Notes under the pieces: generated by a model
Told to the model about the DNA's origin: nothing
Databases searched by the model: none
The model's input: the letters and a program-made list of their open reading frames with translations, nothing else
Assembly (NCBI GenBank): GCA_016839805.1
Contig: JAEOTO010000006.1
Span: forward strand, 64,001 to 128,000
Source of the DNA: Candidatus Hermodarchaeota archaeon
Lineage (GTDB): Archaea; Asgardarchaeota; Hermodarchaeia; Hermodarchaeales; Hermodarchaeaceae
DNA length: 64,000 nucleotides
Reading direction: 5' to 3'
In this document: piece by piece, positions 47,683 through 58,026 of the stretch
Position numbering within the stretch: the first letter of the stretch is position 1
How the letters are laid out: every line of letters starts with the position of its first letter
Program-made: the position numbers and the translations under genes

Positions 47683-49596
47683 TTACGATGGTAATAACCC
47701 ACGAGTAGAGAGATCTTTAGCAATTTCTTTTAGCCCTAAGGAGTCGAGGGTCTCCTTTGTTGGGACTCCTGTTGTCAAATCCCAGCCGTATAGGGAATAG
47801 TACTCGTCCAGCATAGGTTCTAAATTAACAGTTTGGCCCTTACTAGGACCACTGGGAAACGGCTCGTGGGTAAAACGCCGGGGTAATCTATCATCTTTTC
47901 GAGTAAGACCTTCACGGACATTGAAGCACCGCTTCAGCGTCACTAACCGTGCTCCAATCTGCATCAGTTCCTCAACACTACCAAAGGCTGATTCCCCGGT
48001 GACCGATGTTAGAAGTTGGGCAAAGTCTTCAATCCAGAAAATTGGTGGCCATGAGCAAGTATACCAGCACACAATTAGACTATCACGTATGGTATAGACC
48101 TTTTCTGTAACGACCGTAGCAAGGGCCTTGTACGTTTCAACATAGGGGTCACAGATGTCCGGTAGTTTGTCCTCACCAAACCGTTCAGCAGCAACATCCT
48201 TGTAGGCTAATTGATCCATTGTTACCAAGTTACGTAAATGATCCGCACCACGTGCCGCTACTGCGTGCCCTAAAGCCATAGATCGGTGTGCGCGACCATC
48301 CTGTCCGGATATTTCCATTCCCTTCACTGTCATGTCATAGGGTTCAGCTTCACTCCCTATTTGTCTGGCAATACGGTGACTACCTTCTGCCGCCATATCT
48401 CCCAATCCGTTGCGTTGTGCGATGGCGTGCATAAGCTGAATTAGCCCATTATTATTTCCCCATTGGAGGTCTAATTCCTCTAATTCATCTTCTGAAAGTA
48501 AGTCGTGTTCCACCAATTCCATGAGAAATGCTGCAGTGCAGCCTGCACTGATTACATCCAATCCATACTCGTTACACAAATGTTGAGCTTGCAGAATGGT
48601 TGGGATATCATCTATCCCCACGTTACTCCCCATAGCCATAATGCCCTCGTATTCAGGTCCCTCAGTGATGAGGCCCTTATAGGGGCCTTCATCTACTTTG
48701 AAGGCTTTTTTACAGGCTAATCGACAAGTTCCACAGGCTCGACTAGTATGGTAGTAATAATCGTGAAAAGTCTCTGCAGATATCCGATCCCACCCTTCGT
48801 ATACACCTTCCCGGTGATTATACGTGGGCAGTTCCCCGATGTTCTGCTTCGTTGCCACCAGGATGGCCGTGCCATATTTACGCATTTCGAGGGCCTGTGG
48901 GTTCTCTTGAACTCGTTGGTGGCCTTCTTCCCAGAAGGATTTGAACTGCTGTGGATCCGCGACATCCACACTGCCGGTTCCGCGTACTAATATGGCTTTT
49001 AGATTCTTACTTCCCATAACGGCTCCAAGACCCGTTCGCCCAGCAGCTCGTGCCCCATCTACCATAATCGCCGAAAACTTCACCAGATTTTCTCCAGCAG
49101 GTCCTATAACTGCGACGTGTCCGTGTTGCTGTTCTAACTCCTTTCTAATCTCCTTTGATGCCCTGAGAGTATTTTGCCCCCAATACGGTTTCCCTGAATG
49201 GAACTCAACATTTTGATCCACTACTGAAAGAACTGTGGGTTTTTCCGCTTGACCTTCAATAATGATGAAATCATATCCTGCATATTTCATCTCAGGCCCA
49301 AGGTGTCCACCCACATGGCTCTCCGCCCAAATCCCAGTAAGTGGCGATTTACTCACAACAGCCATTCGACCAGCAGTAGGCCATATCGTTCCAGTCGCCG
49401 GACCCGTGCAGAAAAACAGTTTGTTGCTCGGTCCCAGTGGATCAATCCCCTGCGGAATTTCTTGATATAGAAGGTATCCAGCTAAGCCGGTTCCACCAAT
49501 AAAACGTCGAGCAAGATCCGGCGATGTTGCGTTAATCTGTGTTTGTAGGTTCGAGAGGTTAATACGCAATATCTTCCCGCTATATCCTTTATACAT
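47683..49596 (-). CDS. aor: Tungsten aldehyde:ferredoxin oxidoreductase
   Basis: KSPLTG, IGPAGENLV, GR.GLGAVMGSKNLKA, GPEYE, YGLD.IS, DDRLP.R. Confidence 0.95.
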   Translation of the reverse strand: MYKGYSGKILRINLSNLQTQINATSPDLARRFIGGTGLAGYLLYQEIPQGIDPLGPSNKLFFCTGPATGTIWPTAGRMAVVSKSPLTGIWAESHVGGHLGPEMKYAGYDFIIIEGQAEKPTVLSVVDQNVEFHSGKPYWGQNTLRASKEIRKELEQQHGHVAVIGPAGENLVKFSAIMVDGARAAGRTGLGAVMGSKNLKAILVRGTGSVDVADPQQFKSFWEEGHQRVQENPQALEMRKYGTAILVATKQNIGELPTYNHREGVYEGWDRISAETFHDYYYHTSRACGTCRLACKKAFKVDEGPYKGLITEGPEYEGIMAMGSNVGIDDIPTILQAQHLCNEYGLDVISAGCTAAFLMELVEHDLLSEDELEELDLQWGNNNGLIQLMHAIAQRNGLGDMAAEGSHRIARQIGSEAEPYDMTVKGMEISGQDGRAHRSMALGHAVAARGADHLRNLVTMDQLAYKDVAAERFGEDKLPDICDPYVETYKALATVVTEKVYTIRDSLIVCWYTCSWPPIFWIEDFAQLLTSVTGESAFGSVEELMQIGARLVTLKRCFNVREGLTRKDDRLPRRFTHEPFPSGPSKGQTVNLEPMLDEYYSLYGWDLTTGVPTKETLDSLGLKEIAKDLSTRGLLPS

Positions 49597-49597
49597 C

Positions 49598-50137
49598 CTA
49601 TTTACCCTCCTGTCCTGGTAATGACAGTTCCTTTTGCTGGAGAAAATATTCCAGCGCCTCCATCATTTCCTCTACGGAAAATTCACCCTCAACCGGCTTT
49701 TTAGTAAAAATCAGTGCTTCCGTGGGACAGAACTTTACACATTGCGGATCTCCATCACAAAGATCACATTTCAACAGCATCTGACTTTTCTCATCAAGGC
49801 GAATCGCAAGTTTCTGCTGCGGGTCCACGGCATCCAACCCAATCACACATACGCTCACACACGTTCCGCATTGAATACACAACTCCTGATCCACTACTAC
49901 TGCATTGGTCTTAATATCACGGGATATCGCCTCTTGCGGGCACGCCTCTAGACATGGTGCATCAACACATTGCTGACAAACAACAGGAACATCTTGAACC
50001 GTCTCATCAAACGACAACACTTGGATCCGCGCTTTGCTCGGCTGAAAAGTCCCCTCATGTACCTCACTGCAGACCAACTCACAGACACGGCATCCAGTGC
50101 ACCGACTCGGAATCACAGCAACCCGCACACTTACCAC
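49598..50137 (-). CDS. 4Fe-4S dicluster subunit of AOR
   Basis: CTGCRVCELVC, CQQC..APC...CP, CIQCGTCVSVC, KCDLC....QCVKFCP; 1 nt from aor. Confidence 0.93.
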   Translation of the reverse strand: MVSVRVAVIPSRCTGCRVCELVCSEVHEGTFQPSKARIQVLSFDETVQDVPVVCQQCVDAPCLEACPQEAISRDIKTNAVVVDQELCIQCGTCVSVCVIGLDAVDPQQKLAIRLDEKSQMLLKCDLCDGDPQCVKFCPTEALIFTKKPVEGEFSVEEMMEALEYFLQQKELSLPGQEGK

Positions 50138-50288
50138 ATTCCTAAAAAATACCAGCTAGAAGGCTGTAACATGCCAAAAAAACGTTGTGAATCAACCTCG
50201 AGATTTTCATCTCAAAGGACTCGTCACCGAACAGTTTTTTAGCGTTTGTCCCTAAACTCAAAGTTAGAACCATCGGAAGCGTCAAACA

Positions 50289-50834
50289 GTGGAAGACGAA
50301 GGAATCATGCTCAAACTCGTCGTCGCTGGCGAAGGCGGCGTCGGCAAAACCACCCTCATCCGAAGATACGTCGAAGGCGTATTCCATGATTCCAAAATGA
50401 CCGTAGGCGCAGGCTTTGCCGCAAAACGACTAATTATAAATGACGGACATGGTCCCACCGCACTAAAGCTCCAGCTATGGGATTTTGGCGGCGAGAAACG
50501 CTTCAGGTTTTTGTTGCCGAAGTTTTGTTTGGGCTCACGGGGAGCGATGTTAGCCTTTGATTTGAACCGGTTTAGTACCTTTCTCAAAATAGACCAGTGG
50601 CTAGATTTGATTCGAGAAAATACCGAGGATATTCCAATCGTTTTGATTGGAATGAAGGCAGACCTTCAGCGGGCTGTGAATCAGAAGGAAGTTATTCAAT
50701 TTGCGAAAAAGCATGGGTTGAAAGCGTATTTTGAGACGAGTTCTAAGAATGATCTGAATGTGACTCCAGCCTTTGAGTATATTGCGAAACAGATGCTGGA
50801 GTATGTTCGGAATCGAATATCACAAGCCTCTTAA
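50289..50834 (+). CDS. Rab-like small GTPase
   Basis: GEGGVGKT, TVG..F, WDFGGE, GMKAD, YFETSSK; no C-terminal Cys prenylation motif. Confidence 0.93.
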   Translation: MEDEGIMLKLVVAGEGGVGKTTLIRRYVEGVFHDSKMTVGAGFAAKRLIINDGHGPTALKLQLWDFGGEKRFRFLLPKFCLGSRGAMLAFDLNRFSTFLKIDQWLDLIRENTEDIPIVLIGMKADLQRAVNQKEVIQFAKKHGLKAYFETSSKNDLNVTPAFEYIAKQMLEYVRNRISQAS

Positions 50835-50884
50835 TGGCTTGCGGTATTCTGATTTTAGGTAATAATCAGATGGGTGAGTACAGC

Positions 50885-52198
50885 TTGACAGACAAAGTTC
50901 TCAAAATGTATGGAAAAACCCATTATGTATCTGAGCTTGCTCCCTCAATGGAAGGAAAAGTCGTTACACTTACTGGGTGGGTGCATCGGAAGCGGGAACA
51001 TGGTGGAGTCATCTTTATTATTGTCCGAGATCCTTCGGGGGTCATACAGGCCGCGGGGCACCGAGAGAAGTTGTCTGCGGCAATCTTTGATGAAATGCAG
51101 AAAGTGACCCTGGAATCGTCAATTCTTGTGACAGGGAGCATTGCTGTCGATAAACGGGCTCCTTCTGGTATCGAACTAAAAGTAACCCATTTTGAAGTAG
51201 TAAATCTCGCAGATTCTGAATGGCCCCTTGATAAGGATGCTGGCGAATCTTTTCTGTTTGATAAACGCCATCTCTATCTTCGAAGTCCTAGTCAAACATC
51301 GATTATGCAAATCAAAGCAGGTATCAGTCGGGCTGCGCACCAGTTCTTTGATGGCGAAGGGTTCACTGAAATCTTTCCTCCAATTATGGTAGGGGCCAGT
51401 GTGGAAGGTGGGGCGACGCTCTTTCCATTCAAATATTTTGGCGGTACTGCCTATCTTAGTCAAAGTGCTCAATTGTATGAAGAGGCAGCTATTTGTGGCC
51501 TTGAAAAAGTCTATCTTCTTTCTCCCAGTTTTCGGTCCGAAAAACATCGAACTCGACGGCATCTCACAGAGTATTGGCATCTGGAAGCTGAGATTCTCTT
51601 TGGAGATCATGATGATATCATGGGGGTTCAAGAGCGGCTTGTGCATGCAATGGTAATGTATGTAACAAAATATTACCAACGTCAGTTGGATATTCTTGCT
51701 GTGAAGGTTCGCGTGCCTAAACTACCCTTTAAAAGAATAACCTATGATTCAGCTCTGGAGATTGCGGAGCAACAGGGATTCAAGATCACTTGGGGAGAAG
51801 ATTTAGGTACTGAAGCTGAACGTGCTGTGTCAAAGCAATTCAAAGATCCATTCTTTATCACAGGTTATCCAACGGAGGCTCGATCATTCTATCACATGCC
51901 TGATCCTGACCGCCAAGAAGTAACTTTGAGTAGTGATCTCATTGCTCCAAAAGGATATGGAGAATTAACCAGCGGGGGCCAGCGGATTCATGATTTGGAC
52001 CTACTTCTTAAACGGATAAAGAAGGAGAAACTTGATCCCACAGCATATAATTGGTATCTAGAACTCCGGAAATTTGGTTTACCTCCCCATTCTGGTTTTG
52101 GCATGGGATTAGAACGCTTCCTTGTCTGGCTTCTGGAGCTCAAACATATCCGAGAAGCGTGCCTTTTCCCGCGCACACCTAGTCGAATCCATCCCTAA
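50885..52198 (+). CDS. asnS: Asparaginyl-tRNA synthetase
   Basis: VEGGATLF, YLSQSAQLY, RTRRHLTEYWHLE, PHSGFGMGLER; TTG start after GGGTGAG. Confidence 0.88.
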   Translation: MTDKVLKMYGKTHYVSELAPSMEGKVVTLTGWVHRKREHGGVIFIIVRDPSGVIQAAGHREKLSAAIFDEMQKVTLESSILVTGSIAVDKRAPSGIELKVTHFEVVNLADSEWPLDKDAGESFLFDKRHLYLRSPSQTSIMQIKAGISRAAHQFFDGEGFTEIFPPIMVGASVEGGATLFPFKYFGGTAYLSQSAQLYEEAAICGLEKVYLLSPSFRSEKHRTRRHLTEYWHLEAEILFGDHDDIMGVQERLVHAMVMYVTKYYQRQLDILAVKVRVPKLPFKRITYDSALEIAEQQGFKITWGEDLGTEAERAVSKQFKDPFFITGYPTEARSFYHMPDPDRQEVTLSSDLIAPKGYGELTSGGQRIHDLDLLLKRIKKEKLDPTAYNWYLELRKFGLPPHSGFGMGLERFLVWLLELKHIREACLFPRTPSRIHP

Positions 52199-52302
52199 AT
52201 TTAATGCGAGCTCAATCTTTAACAAAAGAAAATGAATCCAGGACAAGCTTTTAGTGAGATTCCTGTTCTAGTAATCAACGCGCGGATATCCTGGTGCCTT
52301 AT

Positions 52303-52980
52303 ATGGTAGTACATGCAGTGTGGATTATCGATACTAGCGGAATACCGCTTTACCATAAGGCATATTCGCCCCTTGAATTTGATCCAACACTCTTTAGTAG
52401 TTTCTTTTCTTCATTGGTGCATTTCCAAAATGAATTAATGGGACGGCAACTACAGGATATAACCTTTGAAGATATTTCATTCAGCTATATCGTTGATACC
52501 GGTCTTGTTTTCCTGGCCTGTGTGAAAAAAGACGCTGTTACAGGAAAATTGCTGGAAACTTTGCGTGATGTGTTTTTCAGGTTCTTTAAAGATGATTTGA
52601 TCCTGCTTAGCAGTATGCTTCGAACAAGTCCGAGGGCGCGTGAGTTATTACAGCAGTTTGAACTTGAGGTTGATAGACTAGTGGGATACGCACCTCAAAA
52701 GGAACCTGTTCCCGTTCGAGTGACGGCACTCCCTCGACTTTTACATAAGGACTCGCCGATTCGACAGGATCTTCTAAACCGTTTTGGTATGAATGCGATT
52801 CTGGTAATTACCCTCTCTGATGGTCAGCATCGGATTAAAGATATTTCAGACGCCTTAGATATTCCTCTCCAAGAAGTAGAAAGTATTGTACGTCATGCAG
52901 ATCGACGAGGGTACTTGAAAGTCGTTTCAGCCTATAAAACAGATGAACCTAGTCCTGAATCTTATTTTCCAGAAGAATAA
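52303..52980 (+). CDS. Longin domain + C-terminal winged helix
   Basis: VHAVWIIDTSGIPLY...DPTLFSSFFSSL longin; LSDGQHRIKDIS wHTH. Confidence 0.8.
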   Translation: MVVHAVWIIDTSGIPLYHKAYSPLEFDPTLFSSFFSSLVHFQNELMGRQLQDITFEDISFSYIVDTGLVFLACVKKDAVTGKLLETLRDVFFRFFKDDLILLSSMLRTSPRARELLQQFELEVDRLVGYAPQKEPVPVRVTALPRLLHKDSPIRQDLLNRFGMNAILVITLSDGQHRIKDISDALDIPLQEVESIVRHADRRGYLKVVSAYKTDEPSPESYFPEE

Positions 52981-52981
52981 A

Positions 52982-53809
52982 TTACTTCGTTTCTTCATAA
53001 CTGCGGCGGGGATCCTCAGCTTTGAATTTAGCAAGACATGTTTTTTCATAGCACTGAGAGCAAGTCTCATCACTTTGTTCCCATCGAGCTCGGAAAAGTG
53101 TTAGATAAACGGCTTTAAGCCAGTTTGCTGTCGAATATTCCACAACATCATCTAGACCAGCCAATCCCTTCTCAGTAAGGGGGGCTGTTCCCCGCCATAC
53201 ACCAGTATCATCGACTAATACGCCATTAAAATGAAGATGTGAACATAAGCGAAATTCTATTCCATTGTTGGCTAGGATTCGGAGCGCATCGGCTTGTTTC
53301 CATCGTTCTACTCCCTGTATATGACCAGGGGGAGTAGTTAGAATCCGGATTCTAACTCCGGCTTCATGTAATTCCTTCAATACTGTAAGCATATTCACCG
53401 CGGGTTTTTGTTGTTCTGGGTCGATTAAATCGACGGCATGAAGTTGGTGTGTAACAATGAGCACACGATATTGGGCCGATTGTAACATCTTTAGTAGTTG
53501 TGCAGCGACTGTTGGTCCACGGAGAATCTGAACCTCAGTAACCCCCTCCTGATCGGGTAAGCCCTCCGTGGTTGCATCTCGTCCCAGATATTTTCGTTTC
53601 AATTGTGTTGCGTTATTCGCATATTCTAGACTGCGTTGCATTAGAACTCCACGTAATGAAGAGGTATTGGCCCGTTCAGCTAACGTACGAAGCTCTTGCG
53701 AGAGTTGAGTGAGAAGTTCAATTGCTTCAGGGATTTTTCCTTCCTCTTCAAGACGATGAGCTTCACTGGTTCTGATTCCAATTTCGCGGAGCTCTTTATC
53801 CAGGGACAA
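52982..53809 (-). CDS. MIT-like domain + degenerate PLD-fold domain
   Basis: AHRLEEEGKIPEAIELL...EYANNATQLK three-helix MIT pattern; AQYRVLIVT, GVRIRILT, LHFNGVLVDD....GTA. Confidence 0.7.
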   Translation of the reverse strand: MSLDKELREIGIRTSEAHRLEEEGKIPEAIELLTQLSQELRTLAERANTSSLRGVLMQRSLEYANNATQLKRKYLGRDATTEGLPDQEGVTEVQILRGPTVAAQLLKMLQSAQYRVLIVTHQLHAVDLIDPEQQKPAVNMLTVLKELHEAGVRIRILTTPPGHIQGVERWKQADALRILANNGIEFRLCSHLHFNGVLVDDTGVWRGTAPLTEKGLAGLDDVVEYSTANWLKAVYLTLFRARWEQSDETCSQCYEKTCLAKFKAEDPRRSYEETK

Positions 53810-54105
53810 ATTTATTCCTCCCAGAATCAAGCCTACGATTCGCTAGGTATTCGGGAATTTAATGCTTTGCTTATATGGTTTACAGTAACTGCCGATGAAC
53901 TTTAAGCCCACTCTGTAGTATGACGAGTGGATGAAACGCGCACTAGCACTCAGATTATAGGAGGGCAAAGTCAATCCCCCAGGTTCTTCGGAAAAGTTCA
54001 CCATATTTTGAGGTCAATACGGTCGATGCTGATCTCATTGAGCAACTTAGTCAAGTCGCTGAACTCCTCACACCCCGTGAAGATGAGAAACCGATTCGAT
54101 TCAAG

Positions 54106-55614
54106 TTGATTTTACAAAAAGCCGCAAAACAACCACTCAAAGACCTTCAACAGCTCTTTGTGCAGGTAGATTACAAAATATCTCCCAGTCTTCAGAAGGC
54201 GATCCTTACCAAACAAGGTGTGACCCGATTCGCGGAACTTCGACTGCGGAAAAGTGACTTGATTCTTAAACCAACTGGATTCTTAGAACTTGCAGAAATT
54301 AAACTAATTTTAACTTACAATCCCAAAGAGCGAATTTTTCACGCCAGAATAATGGATTACTACACCATCCACCAATTTTTACAAAATAAAGGATATCCCG
54401 TCATTACTCATTTTACACTCAACTTCAGCCTGCCTGGAGAAGTCACTGACTCTCTCCAATTGGATATGGTGCTACGAGAATATCAAGAAGAAGCATTACG
54501 TCGCTGGGAAGGATCGAAATGCCGTGGGGTTGTTGTACTACCAACGGGTAGTGGAAAAACGATTGTAGCCTTGGAGGCAATTCGGAAGTTAGCAGAAAAA
54601 ACACTCATCGTTGTTCCTACACTCGATTTAGTGAGTCAGTGGCGTGAAGATCTGCAACTGCTGCTTCATGTTCCCGAAATCGGAATTTTAGGTGGAGGAA
54701 AAAAGGTACCTAAACCCATTACAGTCGCTACTTATGATTCTGCCTCATTAATGGCTCATCAGTTGACCACCAGCTTCGGGCTTTTAGTCTTTGATGAAGT
54801 TCACCATCTTCCTAGCCCCACTTATCGATTAGCTGCAGAACTCTCGTTAGCACCTCATCGTCTTGGTTTGACAGCTACTCCAGAAAGATATGATGAGTTG
54901 CATCATGATTTGGACCGACTTGTGGGTCCTACGGTTTACCGCATAGCTCCTCAGCTTCTAGAAAAAAATGGTTATCTCGCTCCGTATGCGATTCACCAAA
55001 TTCAAGTCACACTCAAACCCGAAGAAAAAACTCGATATGATTCTCATATGCGAATTTTCCGTAACTATACCCGCCGGCTTGATGATATTGAACCTGGTTG
55101 GCGATTCGAAACGATTGTAAAACGAACCATATTCGACCCAGAAGCACGGAAAGCTCTCTCAAATTTAGAGAAAGCTCGACGTGTTGCTCTAGAGGCATCA
55201 GCAAAACTCGACCAGATGGAGTCTCTTCTTGAACAATATCGAGACGCAAAAGTTATCATTTTCTCACGTTACACACGAATCGTAGAAAAGATATCAGATC
55301 TTTTTGGTATTCCTTTGATAACTCATAAAACCAAAGTCTCGGAACGCGAACGGATCCTATCGAAGTTCAAAGAGGGGACTTTTACTAAAATCGTAACTGG
55401 ACAGGTTCTGGATGAGGGTGTTGATGTACCGGATGCCTCCGTTGGTATAATCATTTCCGGAACGGGTAGCAAACGGGAGTTCATTCAACGCTTGGGACGA
55501 CTGCTACGTCCTCAAAAAGAACAAGCTATCTTATACGAACTTATCACCGAATCAACGCTTGAAGATGGCATTTCTCAGCGAAGACAACTAGAGGATGAAG
55601 AAAATACCGATTAG
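54106..55614 (+). CDS. XPB/Rad25-like SF2 helicase
   Basis: LREYQ, LPTGSGKT, FDEVHHL, GLTATPER, DEGVDVPD, QRLGRLLR. Confidence 0.93.
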   Translation: MILQKAAKQPLKDLQQLFVQVDYKISPSLQKAILTKQGVTRFAELRLRKSDLILKPTGFLELAEIKLILTYNPKERIFHARIMDYYTIHQFLQNKGYPVITHFTLNFSLPGEVTDSLQLDMVLREYQEEALRRWEGSKCRGVVVLPTGSGKTIVALEAIRKLAEKTLIVVPTLDLVSQWREDLQLLLHVPEIGILGGGKKVPKPITVATYDSASLMAHQLTTSFGLLVFDEVHHLPSPTYRLAAELSLAPHRLGLTATPERYDELHHDLDRLVGPTVYRIAPQLLEKNGYLAPYAIHQIQVTLKPEEKTRYDSHMRIFRNYTRRLDDIEPGWRFETIVKRTIFDPEARKALSNLEKARRVALEASAKLDQMESLLEQYRDAKVIIFSRYTRIVEKISDLFGIPLITHKTKVSERERILSKFKEGTFTKIVTGQVLDEGVDVPDASVGIIISGTGSKREFIQRLGRLLRPQKEQAILYELITESTLEDGISQRRQLEDEENTD

Positions 55615-55638
55615 AGGGAAGTCACGTTAATGGCTGAG

Positions 55639-55983
55639 TTAATATCCTCTACCCGGTCCCGCCATGATGAAAATTAATCCGATTAAGATTAAGATACCTG
55701 CACCCAATGAAATTATTGCAGGAATTAATAGAGTTCCTCCACTGGTTAAATAAAACCATCCGACAAACCCGACAGCTACTGCAATGCAAATTCCACCGAT
55801 AGCTAATTCAGCATAATGAGCTTCCTCACCAAGTGTTCCAGCTAAGAATAACCCAGCAAGAAAGAACAGACCAGGAATTGCTGCAAGTTGCCAGACGACT
55901 GGGGTCAAAAAGAAGATGACAAATACTTGTAACCAGGCTGCTGCACCAATCATGATACCGCCATAAAGAGCTGGACGAGCCAT
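55639..55983 (-). CDS. Small 4-TM membrane protein
   Basis: Very hydrophobic 114 aa, ATG after GGTGA. Confidence 0.7.
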   Translation of the reverse strand: MARPALYGGIMIGAAAWLQVFVIFFLTPVVWQLAAIPGLFFLAGLFLAGTLGEEAHYAELAIGGICIAVAVGFVGWFYLTSGGTLLIPAIISLGAGILILIGLIFIMAGPGRGY

Positions 55984-56085
55984 AAATATCACCGTTTATA
56001 TTAGGTGAACTAGACACACAAATCTGACTATTTATCTTTTAGGTAGCAAGTGTAATAGTAAGTAAGATTTCAAGGAGTTCGGACC

Positions 56086-58026
56086 GTGCCAAAAACTGCT
56101 ACATCAAAAGGTGCCGCGTCAAAACGCCCGAAGAAAGCAGAACAAAAAGAAGTACAAACAGAAGTAACCTCCATGAAAACCTGGTCTCGGGTAGCGGTTG
56201 ATGCGAATTTCTTTATTCTGGCTTTTGCTCAGGATCCATCAACACTGCATCGGTTTAAAGAGATTGCTGACCGAGTTGCGTTTAAACTCTATACGTCCCA
56301 TCAAATTCTAAAAGAATTACGTGGGAAATTGCGACGACAAGTGCAGAAGGTTGTCGAAATCGTTGAAGTTAGTCAGGTGGATTTAGATGCCTACATTAAA
56401 AAGGCGCGTGATATAGTCGATCGGATTCCCCAAGCGCCTGATCTATCCTTGCTTCTGGTTCTCAAGAAATTAAATGAGAATCGGCTAATTAGTTCAGACT
56501 TCCAGTTATTACAAACACTCCGCAATTTGGAGCCTGAAATTGAAGGATTAATGGGTAGTGCTTTTCTATTACACCTCCTCGAACGTAGCCATGAACACGA
56601 AGAGGATACCGCTTTTCTCGAAACACTGCGAGAAAAAGTGTTACACACAGAGATTAAGTATAGTATCAATCGACGCAGCATGTATGATCCTACAACGCGT
56701 ATCAAATTAATTGAGAATCAAGCTTTTCAGGTTGTTCGCTCGTTAAGGGGACCCCGGATTGCCGAGGAAGACCTTATCGGCATGACTGACCAAGAGGCAC
56801 TTGGACTCCGGACGTTTCTACAAGAACTTCGCCGTAATTATGCGAGTTATGTGAATAAGATTCAAGAACAAAATTATCGAGAGGCTTTAAACGAAATTGA
56901 TGAGGCTCGAGAAGAATTGTATAACCATTTGGTCCTTCTTTCTTGGGAACTTTCAGCCACATCCCATCGAAGACTTATCCGACGGATTACACCGGACCTA
57001 GTCCTTCTGAATTACCTAACGGCTCTTTGTTATTTATATCTGGGTGAGAAAAATAATTTAGAAAAAGCCAAAGAAGCCATAGAGGAATGTAACCGCATTC
57101 TATTAAGCGTTCGACCTGATGCTACCAATTATCGCCGTCTTATGATAATGACTCACATGCTTCGCATCACGATCAATCTGCTTATAGAAGATTTCGAATC
57201 TGCGACGATGTATTTCACTATTTTTGCCCGTAAAACCCAAGAATGGGGATTCGCAAACGAACAGGCTACTGCTCAAGCCCTCTATCTTGCCCTTTTAGTA
57301 ATCCGTGGAGAAATCACATCAACGGAATTTCCATCAATTACAGACCCTGGAGAAGTGATCCGTTTTCTGATTGACCTATCCTCCATTTATTTTGCACTTC
57401 GACGGTTTGAAGAAGCCTGGAAGTTGCTCTATCAAGTACTTCTTATCATCCAATATTTTGAATTATTTGAAGTGCTTGAACCTGTTCTCCAACGTTTGAT
57501 ACTTGTCTACTATGCCGAGGGAACCCAAAGGAAGGACGAATTTGAAGAAATTGTCTCATCGCTACTCCCTTGGCTTCAGGAGCATGACAGTTCATCTTCT
57601 CTAGTTGAAGAATTAAAGGCAGAATTAGCAGAAGAGATGGAACCCCCATCTGGCTATTTCACAGATACAAGTATTCCATCGGAAAAACTTCATCCCGATT
57701 TACAGGAATGGTTTTTTGTAATTGACCGAGTTGACTCAGTCTTTCTAGAGGGCAGTATCCTAATTTGTCGTAGTCGCAAGCTCATGTGGAATATCGCCTT
57801 ACTGATTCAGGGGGTTCTCCAAGAAGAAAAAGCGAAATGTGGCGAGCAAGTTCGGTTGGGCGAAGGAAAATTCAAGGTCGTTGATCCTCCACCTAGTCTA
57901 AAAGAGCGCTATCGGATTCTAGCTTTGATTCATTCTGATCCCACTGGGAGTAGCCGAATCTATGTTCAGGGAGGTCAAGGTCTTCGGTTACTTCAGTTAG
58001 GAACCCTCTTAGATGACCAAACCTAA
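56086..58026 (+). CDS. PIN-domain + TPR-like helical protein
   Basis: VDANFF, ILKEL, PDLSLL, LISSD (acidic PIN residues), then TPR-like helices. Confidence 0.75.
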   Translation: MPKTATSKGAASKRPKKAEQKEVQTEVTSMKTWSRVAVDANFFILAFAQDPSTLHRFKEIADRVAFKLYTSHQILKELRGKLRRQVQKVVEIVEVSQVDLDAYIKKARDIVDRIPQAPDLSLLLVLKKLNENRLISSDFQLLQTLRNLEPEIEGLMGSAFLLHLLERSHEHEEDTAFLETLREKVLHTEIKYSINRRSMYDPTTRIKLIENQAFQVVRSLRGPRIAEEDLIGMTDQEALGLRTFLQELRRNYASYVNKIQEQNYREALNEIDEAREELYNHLVLLSWELSATSHRRLIRRITPDLVLLNYLTALCYLYLGEKNNLEKAKEAIEECNRILLSVRPDATNYRRLMIMTHMLRITINLLIEDFESATMYFTIFARKTQEWGFANEQATAQALYLALLVIRGEITSTEFPSITDPGEVIRFLIDLSSIYFALRRFEEAWKLLYQVLLIIQYFELFEVLEPVLQRLILVYYAEGTQRKDEFEEIVSSLLPWLQEHDSSSSLVEELKAELAEEMEPPSGYFTDTSIPSEKLHPDLQEWFFVIDRVDSVFLEGSILICRSRKLMWNIALLIQGVLQEEKAKCGEQVRLGEGKFKVVDPPPSLKERYRILALIHSDPTGSSRIYVQGGQGLRLLQLGTLLDDQT

